Positions 47,318 to 56,959 of a stretch of DNA of 64,000 bases are shown here, piece after piece. The translations under genes and the position numbers were made by a program. The stretch spans positions 84,078 to 148,077 of the forward strand of contig MFNL01000001.1 of assembly GCA_001782035.1 (NCBI GenBank), given 5' to 3'. Source of the DNA: Candidatus Levybacteria bacterium RIFCSPHIGHO2_01_FULL_37_17. Its GTDB lineage: Bacteria > Patescibacteriota > Microgenomatia > Levybacterales > UBA12049. Position 1 is the first letter of the stretch; each line of letters opens with the position of its first letter. A model generated the notes under the pieces. It did not search any database. It was not told where the DNA came from and saw only the letters and a program-made list of their open reading frames with translations.

Positions 47318-47800
47318 ATGAATATCCTTATTTATCAAATTTCAAAACTTTTACCCGAAAACAAGGCTCATGCTCACTGCGATATCCCTTGTGGGATTTA
47401 TGATCCTCACATGGCACAAATGGCAGCTCATACAGTTTTGCGAATGACTCAGCTTCTTACCCAAATTAAAGGAGAATCACTTGAGTCGCAGCACACTATT
47501 GCAAGAGTCACAGATGTAAAAGAAGAGCATGGAGAGTTAGTAGAAGATGAACTTGGGACATTAGAAAATGATTATTTTAAAGAAGAACATTTCGAAAATT
47601 TTCCTAAATTAAAAGAATTAATAAGCAAAGCCGTAAAATTATCAATAACAACAAGACAAAATATAGACGAAAATTCAGCTAAAGATCTGGTAGAGTCGGT
47701 TTTGCAAATCTCTGAAATATTTTTCAAAACAAAAGGTGCGACCCCAGTAAGAGTAAAGTCTGTTTATCCCACCGAGGGCGAAATTGTAACCCACAAATAA
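47318..47800 (+). CDS. sodN: Nickel superoxide dismutase precursor
   Basis: Ni-hook HCDIPCGIYDP after a 19-aa leader ending AHA. Confidence 0.93.
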   Translation: MNILIYQISKLLPENKAHAHCDIPCGIYDPHMAQMAAHTVLRMTQLLTQIKGESLESQHTIARVTDVKEEHGELVEDELGTLENDYFKEEHFENFPKLKELISKAVKLSITTRQNIDENSAKDLVESVLQISEIFFKTKGATPVRVKSVYPTEGEIVTHK

Positions 47801-48087
47801 TGTTTTTGCTTTCTAAATTTAAAATAAGAGGCCATTCAATGGAGCCCCTATTTAAAGATGGGGAAAAAGCATTAGCAAGTTTTATCCCGTACTTGATTTC
47901 TAAACCAAAAGTTAAGGATGTCGTAATTTTTAAAGTGAAAGGAAAGTATTTTGTAAAAAGAGTTAGAGATATAAAGAACGGAAAATATTTCGTTGAGGGA
48001 GATAATAAAAAAGATAGTTTAGACAGTAAAAATCTCGGAAAAATATCTAATCAGGAAATCGTCGCAAAGGTAATTTACAAGCTTTAA
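47800..48087 (+). CDS. sodX: NiSOD maturation protease (S26-like)
   Basis: GHSMEP, VKR, GDN...DS motifs; overlaps the sodN stop. Confidence 0.88.
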   Translation: MFLLSKFKIRGHSMEPLFKDGEKALASFIPYLISKPKVKDVVIFKVKGKYFVKRVRDIKNGKYFVEGDNKKDSLDSKNLGKISNQEIVAKVIYKL

Positions 48088-48593
48088 TGGAATTTATTTT
48101 GATTATTGGGGTCATTTTTATTTTACTGGTACTTCTTTCTTTTGTATGGCCACCTGATAGTCCTTGGGCACCATGGTGGAGAACCTCCAAAGAGGTTGCA
48201 AGAAAAATTTGTAAATTATCCAAAGTTGGCAGTAGTGATATAATTTATGACTTAGGATCTGGGGATGGTACTGCTTTAATAGTTGCAGCAAAAGAATTTG
48301 GTGCAACAGGAGTAGGTATTGAAATTGATCCGGGACGAGCTTTTATATCAAAGATGCTAGTTGCTAAAAATAAGGTTTCTAGAAAAGTTAGAATAGAAAG
48401 GAAAAACTTTTTCGATGTTAATCTTTCAGATGCAAGCGTAATTTTTTTATATTTGGTTCCAAAAACATTAGAAAAGCTAATACCAAAGTTTCGGAAAGAA
48501 TTAAAAAAAGGAACGAAAATAGTAAGCTATAGATATAAGATGGATTTAGAGTTAATTGGTAACTCTGAAGATTTATACCTTTATACTATTTAA
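48087..48593 (+). CDS. Class I SAM-dependent methyltransferase with N-terminal TM
   Basis: APWWRT, YDLGSGDG, GIEID. Confidence 0.85.
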   Translation: MEFILIIGVIFILLVLLSFVWPPDSPWAPWWRTSKEVARKICKLSKVGSSDIIYDLGSGDGTALIVAAKEFGATGVGIEIDPGRAFISKMLVAKNKVSRKVRIERKNFFDVNLSDASVIFLYLVPKTLEKLIPKFRKELKKGTKIVSYRYKMDLELIGNSEDLYLYTI

Positions 48594-49539
48594 ATCTAAG
48601 AACAAACCAGCGTATTTTATCCGCGATTTTATACACAGTATACATAAAGGGATTTATAACTAAATCATAACTGCCGACAAATTCTATCAACCGCGCTCCA
48701 TAACCCTGTTTAAATTTGTGAAAACCAAACCAAGGGTCGTTAGGATTTGGATTTTCTCCTAAAGACCCCCACATGTCAAACTTTTTCAAACCCATAATTT
48801 GCCCAAATTTAATTGCCTCCCACATCATTAAATTTGAAGCCATGGTCTCTTTATATTTTGTGCTGGATGCACCATAGGGATAGTAAATGGTATCGCCTAA
48901 AACAAATAATATCCATGCAACAAGTGTCTCTCCTTTATAAGTCGCTTTTAACAAATGCGCTGTGAGCTCTTCTGAGTTTGAATTTTGTAACCTGCTGTTT
49001 TTACGTAATGTTTCCCACATTAGTCTGTGGTATTTTTCGGAATGAGCATAAAATTTTTGTCTCTGGGTCGTCTCTTTTAAAAGCCTTAAATATTGCTCGA
49101 ATGCCTTATCTGAATTATCTTCTTTAACTATTACTCCTTTTCTTTGTGAAAGTCTGATATTGTATCTAGTTTTTTGGTCCATATTTTTAAGCAGTTCTTC
49201 CTCGTCCTTATCTATATCTAGAATGAAAGTATATTTTGTAAACAATGGATGTGCAGAAGGTATTAATCCAAGCGTTTTGAATTCCATTTCAAGGCCATTT
49301 TTTTTCTCAATCCTTGGCTCAAGTTGTATAAAAATACATTTTTGTTCTAATGCGATTTTTTTTAACTCTTCTAGCACTTCTTTAGATGGCATGTTTCCTT
49401 TTGGAAGATATCCTATTTTGTATTTTGTGTAGGGAAGTGGATGAAGCGATAAAACGAAATCGCCTTTTTTAATAACTTTAACTCCCGTTTTTTCTCTAAA
49501 TTCCGCCCACCTTCCTGATTGTAAAGGGTGCCTTTTCAT
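48586..49539 (-). CDS. FemABX-family peptidoglycan bridge aminoacyltransferase
   Basis: HPLQS..W, KTRYNIR, YYPYGAS, FDMWG, FKQGYG. Confidence 0.9.
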   Translation of the reverse strand: MKRHPLQSGRWAEFREKTGVKVIKKGDFVLSLHPLPYTKYKIGYLPKGNMPSKEVLEELKKIALEQKCIFIQLEPRIEKKNGLEMEFKTLGLIPSAHPLFTKYTFILDIDKDEEELLKNMDQKTRYNIRLSQRKGVIVKEDNSDKAFEQYLRLLKETTQRQKFYAHSEKYHRLMWETLRKNSRLQNSNSEELTAHLLKATYKGETLVAWILFVLGDTIYYPYGASSTKYKETMASNLMMWEAIKFGQIMGLKKFDMWGSLGENPNPNDPWFGFHKFKQGYGARLIEFVGSYDLVINPFMYTVYKIADKIRWFVLRFK

Positions 49540-51389
49540 AAAAACTCCGGAATATCCTCAATTCTTGAAAGATTTTTCTCCAATATCCCTTCAGGCAATT
49601 CTAATACAAATCTTGAGACAATATTTGAATTTTTCTGTCCAAAAAAGAGTCTTCTTCTTGCAAATGTTAGAAAAAGTATTTGTCTTGCCCTTGTCATCCC
49701 AACATAGCAGAGCCTACGTTCTTCTTCAAGTTCATTTTTCTCCATAAGGCTTCTTGAATGCGGAAAAAGACCTTCTTCCATTCCTACCATAAAAACAACA
49801 CTAAATTCCAATCCCTTTGCAGCATGGAATGTCATTAAGTTAACTGCGTCTTTTTTCCCCACCTCATCCTTTACATGGTCCGGCATATATTCCTGTTCGA
49901 CAAGCGACACATTTTCTAAAAAATTGTCTAATTGAGGAAAGGTTAAGGCAACAGAGCGCAATTCTTTTAAATTTTCCAACCTTACTCTATCCTCCTCGTC
50001 TCTTTCATCATAAAGCATTAGATATTCGGTAGCCTTTAAAACGTCATCCATTAATTTTAAGGTTTCAGTTCGAGACAAGTGTTTATCTATTACACGTTCT
50101 TGAAATTCAAGAAATTTCTCAAATCTTTTTTTTCCAAGTTTCTCTAGTCTTTTAAGTGATACTTTGTCTTTTGGGTTAGAAATTATTCGAAGATATGCAA
50201 GCACATCTTTTATTTCCTTTCTTTCGTAGAATCTCGTACCGCCTATAAGTATGTAAGGGATGCTTTTATGAATAAATACCTCTTCGATGCTTCTAGATTG
50301 GGCATTGGTTCTATAAAGAACCGCAAAATCGTAAAATTTCAAATCTTTATTTTGGTATTTGATTTCCTCAATTTGGTTTACCATAAATTCTGCTTCTTCT
50401 TGCTCATTTATTGCTTCATGTATAAAAAGATCTTGGCCTTTTTCATTTTCCGTCCAAAGGGACAGAATTGGATGCGTGCTATTTTTAGAAATTACACTGG
50501 ATGCTGCGTCCAAGATATTTTGTGTAGAACGATAGTTTTGTGAAAGAGAAAAAGTTTTAACATTTTCAAAATCCTCTTTAAATTTTGATAAATTTTGGAA
50601 ATCTGCACCCCTAAAGCTATAAATACTTTGAGAAAAATCTCCAACAACACAAATATTATTCCACTTTTGGGAAAGTAATTTAGCAAGAAGATATTGTGAA
50701 TGATTGGTATCCTGATACTCGTCAACCATTATATACTTAAATTTGTTTTGATATTTTTCCAGAGTTTTAGGACTTGCTTTGAAGAGCTCAACGGTTTTTA
50801 AAATTAGGTCATCAAAATCTAGCGCACCATTTTCCTTCAACAGTTTTTGATAAACAATATAAGCTCTTGCAGCAACCTCCTGATAATGGCCTTTTGCATA
50901 TTGGGGGTAATTTTTCTCATCTATTAATTGATTTTTAGCCTGAGAAATTATTGTAAGAATGCTAGAGGGCTTATATTCCTTAGGAGATAAGCCCAATAAG
51001 CTAAATGCTTCTTTTATTGCCTCTTTTTGATCTTCGGTGTCATAAATTAGAAAATTTTTATTAATTCCAATTGTTTCTCCATCTATTCTTAATATTTTTG
51101 CACAAAGAGCATGAAAGGTTGCAATTGTAGGCATGTCGGAAAAACTTAGGCCCCCCCTTTTTAGAATTTTTTGTACCCTCTCTTTCATTTCGTTAGCAGC
51201 CTTGTTCGTAAAAGTCACCATCAAAATATTAAAAGGAGATATGCCATTTGCAATTAGATTAACAACCCGATAAGTTAAGACTCTTGTCTTGCCAGATCCT
51301 GCTCCCGCCAAAATAATAATAGGGCCATTCAGCTGCTTAACGGCCGCAAATTGTTCCTTGTTAAGTTCCTTGAGAAAGTCTGACCTCAT
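49536..51389 (-). CDS. pcrA: ATP-dependent DNA helicase PcrA/UvrD
   Basis: AGAGSGKT, DEYQD, QNYRS, HAAKGLEF, EERRLCYVGMTRA; start at ATG 51389. Confidence 0.95.
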   Translation of the reverse strand: MRSDFLKELNKEQFAAVKQLNGPIIILAGAGSGKTRVLTYRVVNLIANGISPFNILMVTFTNKAANEMKERVQKILKRGGLSFSDMPTIATFHALCAKILRIDGETIGINKNFLIYDTEDQKEAIKEAFSLLGLSPKEYKPSSILTIISQAKNQLIDEKNYPQYAKGHYQEVAARAYIVYQKLLKENGALDFDDLILKTVELFKASPKTLEKYQNKFKYIMVDEYQDTNHSQYLLAKLLSQKWNNICVVGDFSQSIYSFRGADFQNLSKFKEDFENVKTFSLSQNYRSTQNILDAASSVISKNSTHPILSLWTENEKGQDLFIHEAINEQEEAEFMVNQIEEIKYQNKDLKFYDFAVLYRTNAQSRSIEEVFIHKSIPYILIGGTRFYERKEIKDVLAYLRIISNPKDKVSLKRLEKLGKKRFEKFLEFQERVIDKHLSRTETLKLMDDVLKATEYLMLYDERDEEDRVRLENLKELRSVALTFPQLDNFLENVSLVEQEYMPDHVKDEVGKKDAVNLMTFHAAKGLEFSVVFMVGMEEGLFPHSRSLMEKNELEEERRLCYVGMTRARQILFLTFARRRLFFGQKNSNIVSRFVLELPEGILEKNLSRIEDIPEFL

Positions 51390-51408
51390 ACCGTATAATA
51401 ATACCATC
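51390..51408. promoter_or_regulatory. 19-bp bidirectional -10 promoter between pcrA and tpiA
   Basis: ACCGTATAATAATACCATC has TATAAT on + and TATTAT on -. Confidence 0.6.
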
Positions 51409-52089
51409 GTGCAAGACGTGACTCAAGGAAAAATACTCTACATCGTAGCCAATTTCAAGTCCAATAAAACCGAAGATGAGGCAAAAAATTGGCTTGATAA
51501 CTTTAAAAACTACAAAGGAGAAAATGCAAAACAAATAATTCTTTGCCCGCCATTTACCTTACTTCCAACATTCAAAAACTTCATAAAAATTAATTCTTTG
51601 CAAATTTCGCTGGGCGCCCAAAATGTTTCCCAATTCGATGAAGGCCCATACACAGGAGAGGAAAATGCAAAACAAATAAAAGAGTTTGCAGACTATGTGT
51701 TAATAGGGCATAGCGAAAGGAGGAATTTGTTAAACGAAACTGATGAAATGATTTCTGAAAAAGTTAGAAATTCTATCTCTAATGAATTAATACCAATATT
51801 TTTTGTCCAAACTCCTGATAGAGCAATTCCTTCAGGAGTTGAGCTCGTAGTTTACGAACCACCGAGTTCTATCAGTGGTGCAAGTGGAGGCATTGCCGAC
51901 GATATTGATGACGTTTTGAAAGCTGCGGAAAAAATAAAAGTAGCAGGACAGTATCAGGTGCTTTATGGTGGAAGTGTTAATCCAGCAAATGTTAATGATT
52001 TTACTTCAAGAACCCAAATAAGTGGTGTGGTTGTAGGAAAGGAAAGTCTTGAGGCAGACGAATTCATCAGGGTTATAGAAAATGCTTAA
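51409..52089 (+). CDS. tpiA: Triosephosphate isomerase (short, divergent)
   Basis: ANFK, GAQNV, GPYTGE, GHSERR, YEP, YGGSV; GTG start 51409. Confidence 0.9.
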   Translation: MQDVTQGKILYIVANFKSNKTEDEAKNWLDNFKNYKGENAKQIILCPPFTLLPTFKNFIKINSLQISLGAQNVSQFDEGPYTGEENAKQIKEFADYVLIGHSERRNLLNETDEMISEKVRNSISNELIPIFFVQTPDRAIPSGVELVVYEPPSSISGASGGIADDIDDVLKAAEKIKVAGQYQVLYGGSVNPANVNDFTSRTQISGVVVGKESLEADEFIRVIENA

Positions 52090-53200
52090 GAGAAAAACCG
52101 GCTTTATTATTGCGGGAATTTTGGCTATTGTCGTTTTACTTTTTATAGTAAAAACCGCTAACTTTTACCCTTTTCTTTTCAACCTCTTTTTCAATAGAGA
52201 AATAAACCTTACACAAGTCAGTCCCAACAAAGTCAATATTTTAATCTTAGGAATTGGCGGCGGTAAACATGAGGGACCTCTTTTAACGGATACAATAATG
52301 CTGGCAAGTATAGATGAGGGGAAAAATAAAGCTACACTTACTTCATTGCCGCGCGACTTATGGATACCCGAACTTTCAGGTAGTAATAAAAAAATAAATA
52401 CCGCATATGCATACGGGGAATCTAAAAGGCAAGGAGGGGGATTAAAGCTTATGGAAGCAGTTGTAAGAAAAGTTACCGGTCAGCCTATCGACTATGGAAT
52501 AAGAATCGATTTCTCAGGTTTTGTTAAAGCAGTTGATATTGTAGGGGGCTTAGATATAGAAGTTGATAATAATCTTGATGATTATCTTTATCCAATTGGT
52601 GGCAAAGAAGACAATCCCTGCGGTCTTTCCGATGAACAAATAAAAGAGTTCATAGCGACAGGGCCCGCAGAGCTTGAAATAGCAGAAAAGTTTTCTTGCA
52701 GGTATGTTCATTTGCATTTTGACAAAGGTTTAACACATATGGATGGCGAAACAGCCTTAAAATTTGTGCGCTCAAGACACGCCTTGGGAGGTGAGGGGAG
52801 CGATTTTGCACGAAGTAAAAGACAGCAAAAAGTAATTTCGGCTTTTAGAGATAAAATATTATCTCCACAAACTCTTGCCAATCCGGTTACTCTAATAAAC
52901 TTATACAATACTGTTAAATCTAGTATAGATACCGATATTAAATACGACGAATTAGATGATTTTCTGAAGCTGGCGTCAAAAATGAATAAGGCGAAAATAG
53001 AGAGCGTTGTAATTGATTATGGAGATGAACAAAATGCAAGAAATGGGCTCTTGATTGAACCCCCGCTTTCCGAAGAATACAATTATTTATCGGTTTTAAT
53101 ACCTAGAATTGGAAACGGGGATTTTTCAGAAATTTCAAATTATGTCAACTGTGAATTGGAACAAGGAAATTGCAAAGTTACCCCAACCCCTAAAAACTAA
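52082..53200 (+). CDS. LytR-CpsA-Psr (LCP) family glycopolymer transferase
   Basis: LTDTIM, SLPRDL, KINTAY, FVRSRH, DFARSKRQQ. Confidence 0.92.
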   Translation: MLKRKTGFIIAGILAIVVLLFIVKTANFYPFLFNLFFNREINLTQVSPNKVNILILGIGGGKHEGPLLTDTIMLASIDEGKNKATLTSLPRDLWIPELSGSNKKINTAYAYGESKRQGGGLKLMEAVVRKVTGQPIDYGIRIDFSGFVKAVDIVGGLDIEVDNNLDDYLYPIGGKEDNPCGLSDEQIKEFIATGPAELEIAEKFSCRYVHLHFDKGLTHMDGETALKFVRSRHALGGEGSDFARSKRQQKVISAFRDKILSPQTLANPVTLINLYNTVKSSIDTDIKYDELDDFLKLASKMNKAKIESVVIDYGDEQNARNGLLIEPPLSEEYNYLSVLIPRIGNGDFSEISNYVNCELEQGNCKVTPTPKN

Positions 53201-55325
53201 CTTTATATAATTTTGACCCCCCAAAATTAAAAACTATCTCTCCTAGTTTTTTAAATTTTTCCTCTTTTAGGCTTGGATATTTTTCTTTTTCAAGTTGGGA
53301 GACAACGACATATGATATGTTGTATTTTTTAATTAAGTTTTTTGTAACGTTTAAATCCTCTGTTATATAAATAGTTTCAACATCTTTTATTCTTGGAGCC
53401 ACTACGTCATATGTTCCCCTCCATAACCATTCATGAACCGGCCAGCCAACAACTGTTGGAAGACCGGTGTTTGCCGAAATTCGGGCGTAATCGGTATACG
53501 AATCCCCATTTGCCTCTAAAATTATCGGCTGTCCTTTTACATTTTTTCCCAGCCATTTTATTATTTGGTAGTCCTGAGGATGTGTTTTTTCCAAATAGGC
53601 TAACCCATCAAGCCCTTGATATTTTCTAAAATCAGCGTAAAAAGAATTTATAGCAAATATACTGTAGGATAGAACCATATAAATAAGAATAAATGAAGGA
53701 ATAAAAAATAATATAATTTCCCTTTTCGTTTTTAAATTAGTTAAAATCCGAAAAACAATATAACCACAAGATACTGATAACATGATAAAAGCTTCGTAAG
53801 AGAGCTTAAACATTGTATTAGCTCTGTAATGAGCTGGATAAATGTCCTTTAAGTAAATAAATTCAGGAATTATCAAAAGAATGGTCGAGAGAATAATAAG
53901 CAGCGATACAAATTTATCAGCTAAGTATATTTTGCCCTTATTTACTCTTAAAAAAATAATGAAAAAAATTACAAAGAAATAAAAAAATCCATATAAAACC
54001 ATAAGTTGCCAAACTGGAGATCTTTGACAATGCTGCGCTTCAAATAAAAATGGTCCAATTTTTCCAAGAGAAGTTAGCAGTTCTGGCGCACATAAAACCC
54101 CAATACCCGAAGCAAAAGGCTTAAAGTGAATACTGAAAGGCAAGGAAAATATAACAAAGCTAAAAAAAACAACACCTATTTTGTAAATGATATTCAGCAA
54201 TCCTTTTTTTCGAAAGAGAAATATCAAAATAAAAACCGTAAGTAAAAAATATATCAAACCGTCCCAGGCATTTGTCATGTACATAACTGCAATAAGAAAA
54301 CCGATAAAGATAAAAAATAAAAATTCAAAATTTATAATGATTTTCCCTAATTTAAATATAATTTGTGAAAAAGTTTGATGACCGCCAAATCTATAAAAGA
54401 AAGAAAAAAGAATAGCAATGGTTAAAACAACGAATGGAATATCAAGTACATGTCCATGTAAATCTGATACAACAAAAGAATACATTGGGAATTCGTGAAT
54501 TGTGTACTCAATAAATCTGGTAGCATTCGGATACCAGTAATCATTAGGAAAATTAAAAAGTTGAAATGGCAAAGTCCAAAACGGAACAGGTTTATCCAGA
54601 GGCATATATGCTTTGAAGAAAGTATATATAGTAGTTAGGTTTCCTCCAAATGTTACTAATGTTGCAGAAAGAAGTCCGGCAAAAGTCGCTTTAATACCTA
54701 TTTTGATATGTGCAAATAAGTTCATGACTAAAGAAAATACTGTTGCAAAAGTTAACGAAAAAAGCGTTGCAAGCATAAGATTATATCCAATAAAAGCGGG
54801 TATATTGGACGCTTTTATAATTACAGCTGTGACCAAATGCCCGAAATAATAGTAATTTATTGGAAGAGGTGGATACCACATATCCAAGGGGGGGAAGTAG
54901 GTGCTCCGTAAAATTGAATTTATAAATCCGAAGTCCATAAATTTTTCAAGCCCATTTATGTCAGGCAAATTCCCCCTGACGAATGCCCAACAAGCAAGTC
55001 CTGCAAAAAATAAAAGTTCTTCAAATACTATTAATTTTAAATTTTGTTTAACAAGTTTAATAAGATTTATTTTTTTAGCAATATAAATGTTCAAAATTAG
55101 AAATATAAAGGTGATCGTCAAAATTTCAAAAAAAGAAAAAGGAAAGAGTTTTAACGAAGAAGTTATAAATACCGCATAAGAAATACAAGCGAGTGCCATT
55201 ACTTTTGAAAAGATGTATCCTTTATCTTTAAAATTTCTAAACAGGATAAAGGTAAGTGGTAAAAATATTGTACCCCCCAAAAAAATAGTTAACCACCATT
55301 GAGAAATGTATAAACTATCAATCAT
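53190..55325 (-). CDS. DUF2298 / Chlor_Arch_YYY-type polytopic membrane protein (putative GT-C glycosyltransferase)
   Basis: EKFMDFGF, PPLDMW, INYYYFG, TIHEFP, DLHGH, NTMFKL, TGLPTVVGW. Confidence 0.82.
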   Translation of the reverse strand: MIDSLYISQWWLTIFLGGTIFLPLTFILFRNFKDKGYIFSKVMALACISYAVFITSSLKLFPFSFFEILTITFIFLILNIYIAKKINLIKLVKQNLKLIVFEELLFFAGLACWAFVRGNLPDINGLEKFMDFGFINSILRSTYFPPLDMWYPPLPINYYYFGHLVTAVIIKASNIPAFIGYNLMLATLFSLTFATVFSLVMNLFAHIKIGIKATFAGLLSATLVTFGGNLTTIYTFFKAYMPLDKPVPFWTLPFQLFNFPNDYWYPNATRFIEYTIHEFPMYSFVVSDLHGHVLDIPFVVLTIAILFSFFYRFGGHQTFSQIIFKLGKIIINFEFLFFIFIGFLIAVMYMTNAWDGLIYFLLTVFILIFLFRKKGLLNIIYKIGVVFFSFVIFSLPFSIHFKPFASGIGVLCAPELLTSLGKIGPFLFEAQHCQRSPVWQLMVLYGFFYFFVIFFIIFLRVNKGKIYLADKFVSLLIILSTILLIIPEFIYLKDIYPAHYRANTMFKLSYEAFIMLSVSCGYIVFRILTNLKTKREIILFFIPSFILIYMVLSYSIFAINSFYADFRKYQGLDGLAYLEKTHPQDYQIIKWLGKNVKGQPIILEANGDSYTDYARISANTGLPTVVGWPVHEWLWRGTYDVVAPRIKDVETIYITEDLNVTKNLIKKYNISYVVVSQLEKEKYPSLKEEKFKKLGEIVFNFGGSKLYKVSF

Positions 55326-56959
55326 AAACTAGATTCACACGATTTTAAATTAAATATATAATATCCGACACTTTCGTTGGTATATAATCTTTCAAAATTG
55401 TTTTCAAAAAAACTTTTATTAATTAAAACTTCTCGAGAATTATTTATTTCTACAAAATTCAAGGCATTATCTCTTACGCTTTCACAAAAAAAGGATAGAC
55501 TAGTTGTATTTAAAAGTTCTTTTCTAAGATTATCTCTTGCTAATGTATCATACCCCTGACTCCATGCGAAATATGGCCAACCAAGGAATATTTTACGACC
55601 GGCAACAGAGGCCTTATCCATAAAAAATTGAGTGTTGAGAAATATGGAATTTGGTGGGGTATTTTTAGTAATCCATTGGACATCCGGGTCGCTTTTGTCA
55701 GCAAGCGCAATTTTACCGTCGTTAAAGATTGGAAAAAAATCTATAACTCCGGAGAAAATTAAAAGGAAGAATAAAATAACTACAACCGGTTTTAACACAT
55801 CTTTTCTCTTCCAAAGTTCAACCAGAGCATAAGCACTAAACATGCTACCCACAATTAAAAAATAATTAAAAAATTTATGGTTGGCCGCAATCTCCGGAGA
55901 AAACTGTATTAAGTTTCCTATTACAAATAAAAGAAAAAAGGAAATAAAAATTTTCTTGTTAAACTTAGCTGCAAGAAAAAATCCGATGGGAATTAATATA
56001 AGATGAAATCCTAAATTCATCCACCAATAATTCAAAAAGTTCACGAAATTTAACTGTTCAACAAGATAACCGGGATGAAAGTTAAATTGATAATTAGAAG
56101 GAATACTATTCATATATTTATATAAAGGAAAAGAAACAATTGCGGAAAAAACAAGTGTTATAAAAATAAATAAACGCTCCTTCTTTAAAAATACAAAAAA
56201 AGAAAAAAGGACCACAAATGTCATAAGAAAAACCGCCATATTTAAAATGAAGGAAATACCAAGAGATATTCCTATCAGGATTGAAGTTAGAATCGCTTTC
56301 TTTTTATCCGAGAAGGTTTCCAAATTTAAAAACAAATAAAGTATAAAAAGAGATAACGCAAAAGAAAGAGCAAGGTGTCTTTGGTTTGTATAAATATTCA
56401 AATTCCAAAAAGCAGAAACAATGCTTGTATGATCATAAGGACCGAAAGAAGGAAAGGAGTTATTAGAAAGTATTCCTAATAAAGTACTTTGTGAGATGGG
56501 ATGTTCGGAAAAATATTTTATAAAACTTAAAGATCCATTAAAAAGGAAAAAAATTACACTTAAAATTGCAACAGCCGTTGATTTAAAAATCTTTTTTGCA
56601 AAAATATAAATCATTATAAATAGCAAGGAGAATCCAAATATCGAAGGGATGTTTAAGGCATAGTCAATGGGAAGACCAATTCTTTCCAGTATTCCTGCAA
56701 ATGTATAAAAAAGGAAGTGATATTTAATGGGTTGACCGGAAAACAAAGGATATTCTGGAGGAAAATTATTTCCCAATGAAAAACTTCTAATTAATGGTAT
56801 ATGACTTCCGAAATCACTCCAGGCTTTAGAGGCTATTAACATGTTTCCATTTGCGTAAGAAAAAGTTGAAAACATGAGCCAAGAGGAAAAAATAATTGAA
56901 AATAAAATTAAGATGATCTCGAATTTATATTTCTTAGATAAGTTGATCAAGTTATGCAT
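55322..56959 (-). CDS. Polytopic membrane protein, putative GT-C-fold glycosyltransferase
   Basis: WSDFGSH, PPEYP...YHF, AGRKIFLGWP; more than 10 TMs plus soluble C-terminal domain. Confidence 0.6.
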   Translation of the reverse strand: MHNLINLSKKYKFEIILILFSIIFSSWLMFSTFSYANGNMLIASKAWSDFGSHIPLIRSFSLGNNFPPEYPLFSGQPIKYHFLFYTFAGILERIGLPIDYALNIPSIFGFSLLFIMIYIFAKKIFKSTAVAILSVIFFLFNGSLSFIKYFSEHPISQSTLLGILSNNSFPSFGPYDHTSIVSAFWNLNIYTNQRHLALSFALSLFILYLFLNLETFSDKKKAILTSILIGISLGISFILNMAVFLMTFVVLFSFFVFLKKERLFIFITLVFSAIVSFPLYKYMNSIPSNYQFNFHPGYLVEQLNFVNFLNYWWMNLGFHLILIPIGFFLAAKFNKKIFISFFLLFVIGNLIQFSPEIAANHKFFNYFLIVGSMFSAYALVELWKRKDVLKPVVVILFFLLIFSGVIDFFPIFNDGKIALADKSDPDVQWITKNTPPNSIFLNTQFFMDKASVAGRKIFLGWPYFAWSQGYDTLARDNLRKELLNTTSLSFFCESVRDNALNFVEINNSREVLINKSFFENNFERLYTNESVGYYIFNLKSCESSL

